Shown piece by piece: positions 1-7,446 of a stretch of 10,574 nt of DNA. The DNA lies in NCBI GenBank assembly GCA_013331805.1, contig DUFS01000032.1, positions 6,037 through 16,610 of the forward strand, read 5' to 3'. Positions within the stretch are counted from its first letter, which is position 1. Each line of letters starts with the position of its first letter. The notes beneath the pieces are model-generated. The model was given only the letters and a program-made list of their open reading frames with translations, was not told the origin of the DNA and did not search any database. The position numbers and the translations under genes were made by a program. The stretch is from Candidatus Micrarchaeota archaeon (GTDB lineage: Archaea; Micrarchaeota; Micrarchaeia; Anstonellales; Anstonellaceae).

Positions 1-7
1 AGACACC

Positions 8-742
8 ATGCGGCTGATATTCGGAAAGCCCTACGGCCAGATTGACAGGTATGGCAAATGGCTCAACCAGTACACTGCGGGTTTGGAAGAGGCAGCCTCG
101 TGCGCAAGCGGCAAGAAGCTGGTAGTGCCCGAATACGTTGACTTCCACCTATTCCCGCGGCACAGGCTTCTTTCAGAGGAGGAGGCTTCTTACATCGGTG
201 AGAGACTGCCGCTTGCTCCAGCAGAGGTTGAGCAGCTGAACCTGGAGAACGCCGGCAGGGCAATTGCGAAAATCGCGTATTTCTGCCCCAGCTGGACGCT
301 CGGGACTGTGAAAAACGCCATTGACGCGGTAATCAACATCGAATCGGCGAACTGCTACAGGAACGTGCTGAACATAAACTCCAAATACTCGGCATTTGGC
401 TACTGGGCGCGCGACTCAGACCACATGTTCGGCGGCAACGAAGTGAGGAACTCGGCTTTTTGCGTCAACTGCTACCACTCCGCAAAGCTGCAGCGCTGCT
501 TCGAAGTTGACGCAAGCCGCGACTGCTCGGGCTGCTACTATTGCCACAACTGCGAAAACGTGCGCGACTCGATGTTCTGCTTCAACGTGAAGAACCTCAG
601 ATATGCGATAGGCAATGTTGAAATGGGGAGGGAAAAATACCTCACAATAAAGGAAAAGGTGCTTTCGCAGCTGAATGATGAGCTTGGGGAAAAGTGCAGC
701 ATAAGCCGAAGCATCTTCAGGCTCCTTCAGAAAAAAAATTAG
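8..742 (+). CDS. Cysteine-rich repeat hypothetical protein (CPR/DPANN-type), probably 5'-partial
   Basis: C-terminal half has ~6-residue periodic Cys/Ser/Asn repeats (NSAFCVNCYHSAKLQRCFEVDASRDCSGCYYCHNCENVRDSMFCFNVKNLRYAIGN) followed by a helical cap. The frame is open to the window edge (GAC ACC ATG), so the true start may lie upstream. Stop TAG at 740-742. Confidence 0.8.
   Translation: MRLIFGKPYGQIDRYGKWLNQYTAGLEEAASCASGKKLVVPEYVDFHLFPRHRLLSEEEASYIGERLPLAPAEVEQLNLENAGRAIAKIAYFCPSWTLGTVKNAIDAVINIESANCYRNVLNINSKYSAFGYWARDSDHMFGGNEVRNSAFCVNCYHSAKLQRCFEVDASRDCSGCYYCHNCENVRDSMFCFNVKNLRYAIGNVEMGREKYLTIKEKVLSQLNDELGEKCSISRSIFRLLQKKN
731..738 (-). terminator. Oligo-T terminator downstream of tRNA-Ala
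   Basis: A8 on the + strand reads T8 on the - strand, 4 nt after the tRNA 3' end. Archaeal intrinsic terminators are oligo-T tracts. Confidence 0.55.
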
Positions 743-814
743 TGGACTCGGGGGGATTCGAACCCCCAGCCTCCTGCATGCCATGCAGGCGCGCTACCGT
801 TGCGCCACAAGCCC
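743..814 (-). tRNA. tRNA-Ala(GGC)
   Basis: Minus strand reads GGGCTTGTGGCGCAACGGTAGCGCGCCTGCATGGCATGCAGGAGGCTGGGGGTTCGAATCCCCCCGAGTCCA. Acceptor stem GGGCTTG/CGAGTCC has the G3:U70 Ala determinant. Anticodon stem CCTGC/GCAGG, loop ATGGCAT (GGC, A32-U38), TTCGAAT T-loop, A73. No encoded CCA. Confidence 0.97.
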
Positions 815-843
815 GAAATGGAAAAAAAAGGAAAAGGAGCGCC

Positions 844-1077
844 TTACTCCATTCCAGAAGGCGAGATATAGATGACCGAGTCTCCCCGCAGGAGCACTGT
901 CCCTATCCCCCGCTTGACCTCGCCGTTCACAAGCTGCTGGGCCTTTTCCAGCACGATGTTCATGTGCACGTCGTAGGACACCATGGTGCCGCGAAGCTCA
1001 GTGCCCCCCTTCAGCCCCACAACAACGGTGTTGTTCAGGGACCCGTTCAATATGTCAAATGGTCTTTTTTCAGTCAT
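844..1077 (-). CDS. lsm: Sm-like archaeal protein (SmAP1/Lsm)
   Basis: N-terminal RPFDIL helix, Sm1 motif (VVVGLKGGTELRGTMVSYDVHMNIVL) and Sm2 motif (GTVLLRGDSVIYISP). GGAGGTG RBS upstream on the - strand (1083-1089). Confidence 0.95.
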   Translation of the reverse strand: MTEKRPFDILNGSLNNTVVVGLKGGTELRGTMVSYDVHMNIVLEKAQQLVNGEVKRGIGTVLLRGDSVIYISPSGME

Positions 1078-1115
1078 CGCCCCACCTCCAAAGAAATTAA
1101 ATCAGGGCGCAATCC

Positions 1116-1152
1116 TTCGGATGAAAAGGGTTAAAAAATACACTCATCCGAA
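1116..1152. promoter_or_regulatory. Divergent lsm/thyX promoter: BRE/TATA-like core bracketed by a 9-bp inverted repeat
   Basis: TTCGGATGA (1116-1124) and TCATCCGAA (1144-1152) flank AAAGGGTTAAAAAATACAC, which is TATA-like on both strands. Confidence 0.55.
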
Positions 1153-1170
1153 CTTCTCGCGGTGTGGGGC

Positions 1171-2796
1171 TTGGCAGAAAAATTCTCAGAAAAGGAGTCA
1201 GCGATACTCTCGCAGTTCTGCACCAACCTGGACTCCGATGTCTTTGCGCTCATCAACCTCCCGGAGGCTGTGAAGGGCGCGCTCTTCTCCCGCTACTCTC
1301 GCTCCCCCAAGTCCCTTCGCAGGCTGCTTTTGGACGAGTTCATCCTGAATCCTGAGGCTGGATTCAACGAAATAGTCGGCGAGGGAGCGAGGCGGGGCGA
1401 ATCACAGCTTGTTGCAATAAAAAAGGCAGAGGAGTTCTACGACCGCGTCCTGGTGGGGTATGGGGACGACTCTGTTGCCGAGCTTGGCGGGGCGCACCTT
1501 GCCTGCGAAAACATCTCCAATCTCATTACAAAGGCAATGCAGGATTCGCGGATTGGGATTTCGCCTCTGGAAAAATCCACCCGCTACGTTTACTTTGACC
1601 AGAAAACCAATGGGAAATACGCCTACCTTCGCGAAGAAAAAATCATGCAGTCGAAGTTTGCGGATGAATACATGCGGGTCTGCGACCTTTTGTTCTGCAC
1701 CTATTCTTCGCTCATACCCGAAATGGCGAAAATTGAGCAGGAGAAATTTCCGCAGCAGGAGGGAACAAGCGAGAGGGCTTACTCCTCCACCATCAGGGCA
1801 AAGGTCTGCGACATACTGCGCGGCATTCTCCCAGCCTCCACTCTCACCAATGCGGGTTTTTTCGGCAACGGCCGCGCTTTCGAGTATTTGCTTGTGAAGA
1901 TGTACGCCAACCCCCTTTCCGAATCAAGGACGGTTGCCGCAAAGGTGAACGTCGAACTTGCCAAGGTGATACCGTCCTTTGTGAAAAGGGCGGATGACAA
2001 ATACGGCAAGGAGGCGCAGGAATACTTATCTTCGAACAGGAACGCAATAGCCTCAATGGCTTCAAAATATGGCGCGCTTGCGGAAGCAAAAAAGGACGAA
2101 TCTGAAACAACACTCATCGATTTCAACGAAGACGCGGAGGAGAGAATTGTTGCCACCATACTCTTCCCGCACCTGCACGCAGAGATGGGAGAAGTAAAGG
2201 CGCTTGTGGCTTCAATGGACAATACCGAAAAGGAGGGAATAATGCGCGCATACATGGGAGGAAGGAAAAACCGCAGGCAAAAGCCTGGAAGGGCTTTCGA
2301 GTCCGCGGACTACACCTTTTGTGTAACCGGGAATTTCGGCATGTACCGCGACCTGCACAGGCACCGAATGCTCACGCAGGAGCGGCAGCTCCTCACCACC
2401 AAGCACGGCTTTGACATGCCCCAGGAACTGGTTGACACTGGATTCGAGGGGAATGTAAAGGAAGCCGTTGCAGCTGCAGACTTGCTTTACTCTAAGATGG
2501 CACCAGAATTCCCATACGAGGCGCAGTATATGGCCCCTCTTGGCTGCCGAATGCGCTGGTACATAAAGATGAACCTGAGGGAGGCGTACCACTTCTGCGA
2601 GCTCCGGTCCATGAGGCAGGGGCATGCCGATTACCGCAAGGTCGCGCAGGACATGCAGAAGCTCATCTCCAAGGTGCACCCCCTGCTCGCCTCAGGAATG
2701 TCATTCGTGGACTTCGGCACCTATGATTTGGAAAGGCTGGAGGCGGAGAAAAAAATAGACAGGAAGCTTGAGCGGCTGAAGAAGAAGGAAGTCTAA
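1171..2796 (+). CDS. thyX: FAD-dependent thymidylate synthase ThyX, long tandem two-domain form
   Basis: Two Thy1-like halves. Half 1: ALFSRYSRS, VLVGYGDDSVAELG, SPLEKSTRYV, DILRGILPASTLTNAG. Half 2: PGRAFE, YRDLHRHRMLTQ, MNLREAYHFCELRS, GHADYR. Start placed at TTG 1171 behind GGTG (1161-1164); GTG 1162 is the alternative. Confidence 0.93.
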   Translation: MAEKFSEKESAILSQFCTNLDSDVFALINLPEAVKGALFSRYSRSPKSLRRLLLDEFILNPEAGFNEIVGEGARRGESQLVAIKKAEEFYDRVLVGYGDDSVAELGGAHLACENISNLITKAMQDSRIGISPLEKSTRYVYFDQKTNGKYAYLREEKIMQSKFADEYMRVCDLLFCTYSSLIPEMAKIEQEKFPQQEGTSERAYSSTIRAKVCDILRGILPASTLTNAGFFGNGRAFEYLLVKMYANPLSESRTVAAKVNVELAKVIPSFVKRADDKYGKEAQEYLSSNRNAIASMASKYGALAEAKKDESETTLIDFNEDAEERIVATILFPHLHAEMGEVKALVASMDNTEKEGIMRAYMGGRKNRRQKPGRAFESADYTFCVTGNFGMYRDLHRHRMLTQERQLLTTKHGFDMPQELVDTGFEGNVKEAVAAADLLYSKMAPEFPYEAQYMAPLGCRMRWYIKMNLREAYHFCELRSMRQGHADYRKVAQDMQKLISKVHPLLASGMSFVDFGTYDLERLEAEKKIDRKLERLKKKEV

Positions 2797-3197
2797 GCCT
2801 CGGATGCTCCCTGCTGGACGACCGGTACTTTATCCGCTAGTTTGGCGAAAAATGCACTTCTTCCTGGTTTCTTTGTTTCAGCCTGCATCCGGGGGGAGGG
2901 GAAATTTTCCTGAAAATCCACTGGTTCCCTAATTTTTTTGTTAATTTCAACAAGCTCTTCTAACGTCTCCTTTTTTACCAGGTCCTCGACACTGATCATC
3001 TGATGTTTTTTCAAGCCCGGAGTTTGCTGGTTATAAAGGCTGCGTGCATTACGGATCAGTCTCATCCAGACCTCTTTCCAATGTATTTCAGGGAATTTTT
3101 CCTTGAGATCGAAAAAGTGCATTTTCAGCCTTTTTCTGTCAAGACCCTTATTGCCATCGGGCAATACGGCTTCGCCTGGTTTCCTGAAAATCCTCAC
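2793..3197 (-). CDS. Hypothetical protein (basic, Lys-rich orphan)
   Basis: 134-aa ORF filling the gap between thyX and the VIT1 gene. GTG start with GGCGGGAG upstream, own TATA (TTATAAAA at 3232-3239 on the - strand), stop codon overlapping the thyX stop. No recognisable motif. Confidence 0.6.
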   Translation of the reverse strand: MRIFRKPGEAVLPDGNKGLDRKRLKMHFFDLKEKFPEIHWKEVWMRLIRNARSLYNQQTPGLKKHQMISVEDLVKKETLEELVEINKKIREPVDFQENFPSPRMQAETKKPGRSAFFAKLADKVPVVQQGASEA

Positions 3198-3231
3198 TGC
3201 TCCCGCCAGTTGTTAATCAGGCACAGAACAC

Positions 3232-3239
3232 TTTTATAA
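3232..3239 (-). promoter_or_regulatory. TATA box of the 134-aa orphan gene
   Basis: TTATAAAA on the - strand about 35 nt upstream of the GTG at 3197. Confidence 0.5.
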
Positions 3240-3254
3240 CTTGCGAGAAGCGAG

Positions 3255-4028
3255 CTAGCCGGCCGGAACCTGCTTTAAGCCGAAGAAGTTCCCCAGGACT
3301 TTCCCGATAAGGTAGCCCGAGATTGCCGCAACCATGCCGATTATTGCCATCTCGGCACCGGACTTCCACCATTTGCCGACTGTGATTTTCGCCTTGTATG
3401 CGCCCACGGCAAACAGCACCAGGGTGCCGATTACGAGCGAAAGGACTATCGAATCCTGCACGCTGAAGAAAAAGAACGGGGCCAGAGGTATGAGCGAGCC
3501 TATTATTGCAGAGATGCCCACGATTATCGCGGCTCGGACCGGGTTGTAGTTTTCAATTGGCGTCATGCCCAGCTCCTCAGTCATCATGACCGAGACCCAA
3601 AGCTCCTTGTTGCCTGTGACTGACTTGACCATTTGCTCAAGCTCTTTTCCCCTCAGCCCCTTTTTCATGTAGATGAGCCGGATTTCCTCGGTTTCCACTT
3701 CAGGGAGGTGTTCGATTTCCCATTTCTCCTGCTTCAGTTCCCGCCTATAATGGTCCTGCTCGGCACGCGCGGTCGTGTACGCAACGGCAGCCATTGATAT
3801 CGACTCTGCGAAGGTTGCCACCAGCCCTGCGACAAGGACGATGAAACGGTCTGAAGTTGCTGAGGCGACACCGAGCACTATGCCAAGCACATTCACCAAG
3901 CCGTCCTGGCCGCCAAGTATTATGTCTGCCAGCATGCCTGATGCGTTCCCCTTGCGCTCGGTTTCCATGTGCTGCTGGACCTTCTTGGAAAATTCGATAA
4001 TTTCGGTCCGGGTCTTTTTCTTCTTCAT
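3255..4028 (-). CDS. VIT1/CCC1 family iron/manganese transporter
   Basis: Signature DIILGGQDGLV, AESISMAAVAY, acidic cytoplasmic metal-binding segment (RRELKQEKWEIEHLPEVETEEI...MMTEELG), GSLIPLAPFFF, and five hydrophobic helices. Confidence 0.93.
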   Translation of the reverse strand: MKKKKTRTEIIEFSKKVQQHMETERKGNASGMLADIILGGQDGLVNVLGIVLGVASATSDRFIVLVAGLVATFAESISMAAVAYTTARAEQDHYRRELKQEKWEIEHLPEVETEEIRLIYMKKGLRGKELEQMVKSVTGNKELWVSVMMTEELGMTPIENYNPVRAAIIVGISAIIGSLIPLAPFFFFSVQDSIVLSLVIGTLVLFAVGAYKAKITVGKWWKSGAEMAIIGMVAAISGYLIGKVLGNFFGLKQVPAG

Positions 4029-5212
4029 TTCTTTCCGACTCCTAGTTTTTTGCCCACTTTCTCAATTGCCGAAAGCGCGTCATCCAGGTCCTGCCTGCTG
4101 TGCGCGGCAGTCACCATTGTCCTTATCCTTGCCTTGCCCTGCGCCACCATAGGGAATACTATGGGAAGGGCAAACACTCCCTCCTCGAAAAGCTTGGAAG
4201 CAAAGTCCTGCGCCAGCTTGCTTTCCCCCAGCATTATCGGGGTGATGGGCGTTTCGGACTCGCCAGTGTCAAAGCCCATTGCCGCAAGCTGTCCCTTGAA
4301 ATATTTTGTATTCTCCCAAAGCTTGGCTACAAGCGACCCGTCGGACTCAAGAAGCTCAAGCGAGGCAGTGCAGGCTGCCACTGTGGCTGGCGGAGCCGAC
4401 CCTGAAAGCAAAAAAGAGCGTGCCTTGTTCTGAAGGTAATCGTAGAGGGCCTGCGAGCCTGCCACATAGCCGCCCACCACGCCAAAGCCCTTGGAAAATG
4501 TGCCCATTTCCATCTCGATTTTGCCTTCCAGCTTGAAGTGCGAGACTATGCCCCTGCCGTGCTCGCCCAGCACCCCATCTCCGTGCGCGTCGTCCACGTA
4601 GATGACAGCGCCGTATTCGTGCGCTATCTTTTCAATTTTATCCAAGGGGGCTATGTCCCCGTCCATGGAGAAAACGCCGTCAGTAATAACGAATACATTC
4701 CTGTGGTTTTTCGCCTTTGCCTCCTTGAGCACCCTTTCCAGATCCTCCATGTTCTTGTGCTTGAAAATCGCGCGCTCTGCCTTGGAAAGCCTGACCCCGT
4801 CGATTATGGAGCCGTGGTTGAGCTCGTCGGATATGAGGAGGTCGCCCTCGCCAGTCAGGCAGGGTATCGCGCCCTGGTTTGCTGCAAAGCCGGTCTGGAA
4901 GTAAAGTGCAGCAGGCGTGTGCTTGAAGCGGGCTATTGTCTTTTCGAGCTTTAAGTGCAGGTCCTGCGTTCCTGCTATCACCCGCACCGAGCCTGAGCCT
5001 GCCCCGTGCGTCTGTATTGCCTTTATTGCTGCTTCCTTCAGCTCGGGGTGGTTGGAAAGGCCCAGGTAATTGTTGGAGCAGAGCATTATCACGTCCTTGC
5101 CCGACACGCGCGCGCGGGGCACCGATGAGCCCTCAAGCGTCCGTACCTTCCAGTCCAGGTTCTTGTCGCGCAGGGCGTTCACTTCCGAAGAAAGAAACTG
5201 CTCGAAATCCAT
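4025..5212 (-). CDS. kbl: Glycine C-acetyltransferase (2-amino-3-ketobutyrate CoA ligase) / BioF-family PLP enzyme
   Basis: Class II aminotransferase motifs CSNNYLGL, SDELNHGSIIDGVRL, TDGVFSMDGDIAPL, DDAHG, GTFSKGFG (PLP Lys) and ARIR. Kbl versus BioF specificity is inferred. Confidence 0.88.
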   Translation of the reverse strand: MDFEQFLSSEVNALRDKNLDWKVRTLEGSSVPRARVSGKDVIMLCSNNYLGLSNHPELKEAAIKAIQTHGAGSGSVRVIAGTQDLHLKLEKTIARFKHTPAALYFQTGFAANQGAIPCLTGEGDLLISDELNHGSIIDGVRLSKAERAIFKHKNMEDLERVLKEAKAKNHRNVFVITDGVFSMDGDIAPLDKIEKIAHEYGAVIYVDDAHGDGVLGEHGRGIVSHFKLEGKIEMEMGTFSKGFGVVGGYVAGSQALYDYLQNKARSFLLSGSAPPATVAACTASLELLESDGSLVAKLWENTKYFKGQLAAMGFDTGESETPITPIMLGESKLAQDFASKLFEEGVFALPIVFPMVAQGKARIRTMVTAAHSRQDLDDALSAIEKVGKKLGVGKK

Positions 5213-5238
5213 CTTCCCACCGAGCCGATTTGGGTGGC

Positions 5239-5248
5239 AATATTAAAA
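5239..5248 (-). promoter_or_regulatory. TATA-like box for the kbl-VIT1 operon
   Basis: TTTTAATATT on the - strand about 27 nt upstream of ATG 5212. Confidence 0.5.
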
Positions 5249-5293
5249 GGGGTATCGGGTTTCTGCGCCGACCGGCACCTCACCTTGCCAAGC

Positions 5294-5301
5294 TATTTAA
5301 A
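5294..5301 (+). promoter_or_regulatory. TATA box for the DUF2797-like gene (probably leaderless mRNA)
   Basis: TATTTAAA 23 nt before ATG 5325, with no SD motif in between. Confidence 0.55.
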
Positions 5302-5324
5302 GCGGGTTTGCCAGAATCTGCCCC

Positions 5325-6101
5325 ATGCCCCACCTGTTGCGCTTTTACTCGGGCGAAGGCAAGCCCACGCTGCTTTCCAGGCAAGACGGAGAAGTTGCGC
5401 CTGTTGAGCTTGAGCCAGGCAAGCAGGAAGACGTGGATTTTTCGGAAAAAAAGGCATGCATAGGCTATCGCGCCCCGGAAGGCTACCTTCCTTGCGTGAA
5501 CAAGGCGATAAACGTCTCTCAGTGCCCTGCGTGCAATTACCTGGACATGTCAAAGGCATACACAGTGGGCGACTTTTCAGGCTATCCCTCGCTTTACGAG
5601 GAGGCGAAAAAGGAGGAGTACTGCCTTTACCTGGCGGGATTCGGCGAGGACATAATCAAGTGCGGGGTGACCAGGAAGGAGAGGTTCGAGATGCGCATGC
5701 GGGAGCAGGGGGCTGACTTCGGCTGCATAGTTGCCACTTACACCGGACCTGACGAAATATACCAATCAGAGCACGCGCTGCAGTACAAATTCAATTTCAA
5801 TAACGCGGTCAGGATGGCGGAGAAGATGCGAAGGCTGGTCTTTGACAAAAACACTGCAAGGGAGAATTACAGCTCGGCAGTGGAACTGGTCCGCTCCTCC
5901 GGCGTGCTTCCTGACTTCATCCCTAATATAATCGACTTCTCGGGGCATTACCCGCGCATGACATCCCCGAATTTGACTTATTCCGTTATCGGAGAAATTC
6001 TCGGGGCCAAGGGCGAAATACTGCTTTTCCGCTCCCAGGGGGGAAGGGAGTTCGCCGTCAACATGCGCACAAAGACCGGGCACTTTTTCGAAAGAAAGTA
6101 A
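5325..6101 (+). CDS. DUF2797-like protein (Cys4 Zn-binding region plus GIY-YIG-like region)
   Basis: KACIGY...PC...QCPAC, then YCLYLAGFG..IKCGVTR..RFEMRMREQGAD and C-terminal GEILGAKGEILLF. This matches the DUF2797 pattern as I recall it. Confidence 0.8.
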   Translation: MPHLLRFYSGEGKPTLLSRQDGEVAPVELEPGKQEDVDFSEKKACIGYRAPEGYLPCVNKAINVSQCPACNYLDMSKAYTVGDFSGYPSLYEEAKKEEYCLYLAGFGEDIIKCGVTRKERFEMRMREQGADFGCIVATYTGPDEIYQSEHALQYKFNFNNAVRMAEKMRRLVFDKNTARENYSSAVELVRSSGVLPDFIPNIIDFSGHYPRMTSPNLTYSVIGEILGAKGEILLFRSQGGREFAVNMRTKTGHFFERK

Positions 6102-6106
6102 TAGAA

Positions 6107-6135
6107 ATCATTATATATTAGATAATATAACTGAT
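6107..6135. promoter_or_regulatory. AT-rich promoter/operator of the toxin-antitoxin operon
   Basis: TATATTA-GA-TAATATA perfect inverted repeat (6114-6129) with outer ATCA/TGAT arms, overlapping TTATATAT. GGTGA RBS at 6141-6145. Confidence 0.7.
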
Positions 6136-6149
6136 AGTCTGGTGAAATC

Positions 6150-6404
6150 ATGCACTCAACCATGAAGTTCGAAGGACTGATTGACCGAATACTTGCTGAA
6201 GCTGTCCGGCAGGGGCTTGCAAAGACAAAAATCGAAGCACTGCGGCTTGGCGCAATAGAGCTCAACAACAAATACGACCTGATAAATGAGGCACGCGAGG
6301 AGCAAGAGGACGTTGCCTACATCCACAGAGCCCGTCGCGACATAGCAGGCGGCAAGCTCAAACTTCTCTCTGAAAAAGAGCTGAAAGCTGCGCTGAGGGT
6401 GTGA
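6150..6404 (+). CDS. Putative antitoxin with ribbon-helix-helix N-terminus
   Basis: Beta-alpha-alpha pattern (STMKFEG-LIDRILAEAVRQG-LAKTKIEALRLG), acidic middle, antitoxin-like C-terminus (ARRDIAGGKLKLLSEKEL). Lies directly upstream of a RelE-like gene. Confidence 0.8.
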   Translation: MHSTMKFEGLIDRILAEAVRQGLAKTKIEALRLGAIELNNKYDLINEAREEQEDVAYIHRARRDIAGGKLKLLSEKELKAALRV

Positions 6405-6408
6405 GCAA

Positions 6409-6654
6409 ATGTATGCGCTGCGCCCCACATCTGATTTTCTGAAGGAGCTTTCCCGGCTTGACAAGTCAATAAAGGCGCTGGTGGAGAAAAAGCTGGAGCG
6501 CATAAAGCAGAATCCCAAGCTTTCAAAGCCCCTCGAACACGAACCCAACTGCTTCACCGAAAGGGTGAAAAATTACCGCATAGTGTTCGAAGTACAAGGC
6601 GACGAAATAATCCTGTACCGCGTCCGAAAGCGCAAAAGCGCTTATTCGAACTGA
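6409..6654 (+). CDS. relE: RelE/ParE family type II toxin
   Basis: 81 aa and basic, with the pattern Y...T..FLKELSRL...VEKKLERIKQNP...KPL...RVKNYRIVF.....I.LYRVRKRK.AY. Confidence 0.88.
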   Translation: MYALRPTSDFLKELSRLDKSIKALVEKKLERIKQNPKLSKPLEHEPNCFTERVKNYRIVFEVQGDEIILYRVRKRKSAYSN

Positions 6655-6658
6655 TTGC

Positions 6659-7426
6659 TCAGCCGAACTTCCTGCTCTGCTTCCAGAACTCCTCGAAATA
6701 AGACCGGAAGGAGTCCGCAACCTCCTGGTTCACAATTTCAACCGTTATGGGATTTTCAGAGGCAAAACCGATCACTGCGACATTCTTGTAGCCCATGAAC
6801 CAGGCAGGCGTATTCACATCGATTGGCATATGGCGTGCATCGCAGCCTGCATATGAATTCCTGTTTTCGAGCACTTCTTTGGGCGTTTTGGGGTGGAAAA
6901 GAAGTTTGCACCTTATGCCTGCCTTTGCCCTCCGCATATGGTCCCTCTGCCAGTAGGCGTGGTAGTGCCTTGGCTGCTCCTGCGGAATGCCGAAAAAGAA
7001 GTATTCCTCTCCCTTCGCAAGTTTCTGGTAAGTGTGCTCGTGCACGGAAATCATGCCCCTAAAGCCGAAAAACGCCTGCACCTCGCTTTCCTTGGCGGAC
7101 TTTTGGAGCGCGCTAAGTTTCGGCAGGATTTCCTCCAGCTTCCTTTTGCTCTCCTCAAGCTGTTTCTGCTGCCCCTCAATGTATTCCATCAGCCCGTCAG
7201 GCTGTGCTGCCTGGAAGTGTTGCGTCTTTTCCTTCACAACGTGCGAGACCAGCCCCTTTTGAGAAAGCCGCCCGAGTATCAGGTAAACAATAGAACGCGC
7301 CACGCCTGACTTTTCCACAATCGGGCCGGAAGTGGAGGGGCCGAGCTCCAGAAGCGCAAGATACACCTTCGATTCGCCCTCGGTAAGCCCGGCACCCTCA
7401 AGCCTGCTGGTCGCCTCGCCTTTCAT
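6659..7426 (-). CDS. TrmB-family transcriptional regulator
   Basis: TrmB wHTH (GLTEGESKVYLALLELG...IVEKSGVARSIVYLILGRLSQKGLV), coiled coil, and effector-domain-like C-terminus (FRSYFEEFW). Start set at ATG 7426 behind GTGA. The longer TTG start at 7474 runs through the palindromic operator region. Confidence 0.9.
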   Translation of the reverse strand: MKGEATSRLEGAGLTEGESKVYLALLELGPSTSGPIVEKSGVARSIVYLILGRLSQKGLVSHVVKEKTQHFQAAQPDGLMEYIEGQQKQLEESKRKLEEILPKLSALQKSAKESEVQAFFGFRGMISVHEHTYQKLAKGEEYFFFGIPQEQPRHYHAYWQRDHMRRAKAGIRCKLLFHPKTPKEVLENRNSYAGCDARHMPIDVNTPAWFMGYKNVAVIGFASENPITVEIVNQEVADSFRSYFEEFWKQSRKFG

Positions 7427-7446
7427 CAATATCACATTGCTATCAG

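Noticed and set aside
743..814. tRNA-Ala as an integration site
   Set aside because: I saw no duplicated tRNA 3' fragment and no integrase in the window.
694..1134. 146-aa + strand ORF, and the 416..784 - strand ORF
   Set aside because: They overlap tRNA-Ala, lsm or the Cys-rich gene, all of which are far better supported.
1779..2679. Several - strand ORFs (89-158 aa) inside thyX
   Set aside because: Antisense shadows typical of GC-rich coding sequence, with no motifs.
3334..5463. Multiple + strand ORFs opposite VIT1 and kbl
   Set aside because: Shadow frames of conserved genes.
7430..7446. TATCAC-N5-TATCAG resembling the Thermococcales TrmBL1 motif TATCAC-N5-GTGATA
   Set aside because: The second half is a direct, not inverted, copy and the first half is explained by the trmB SD.
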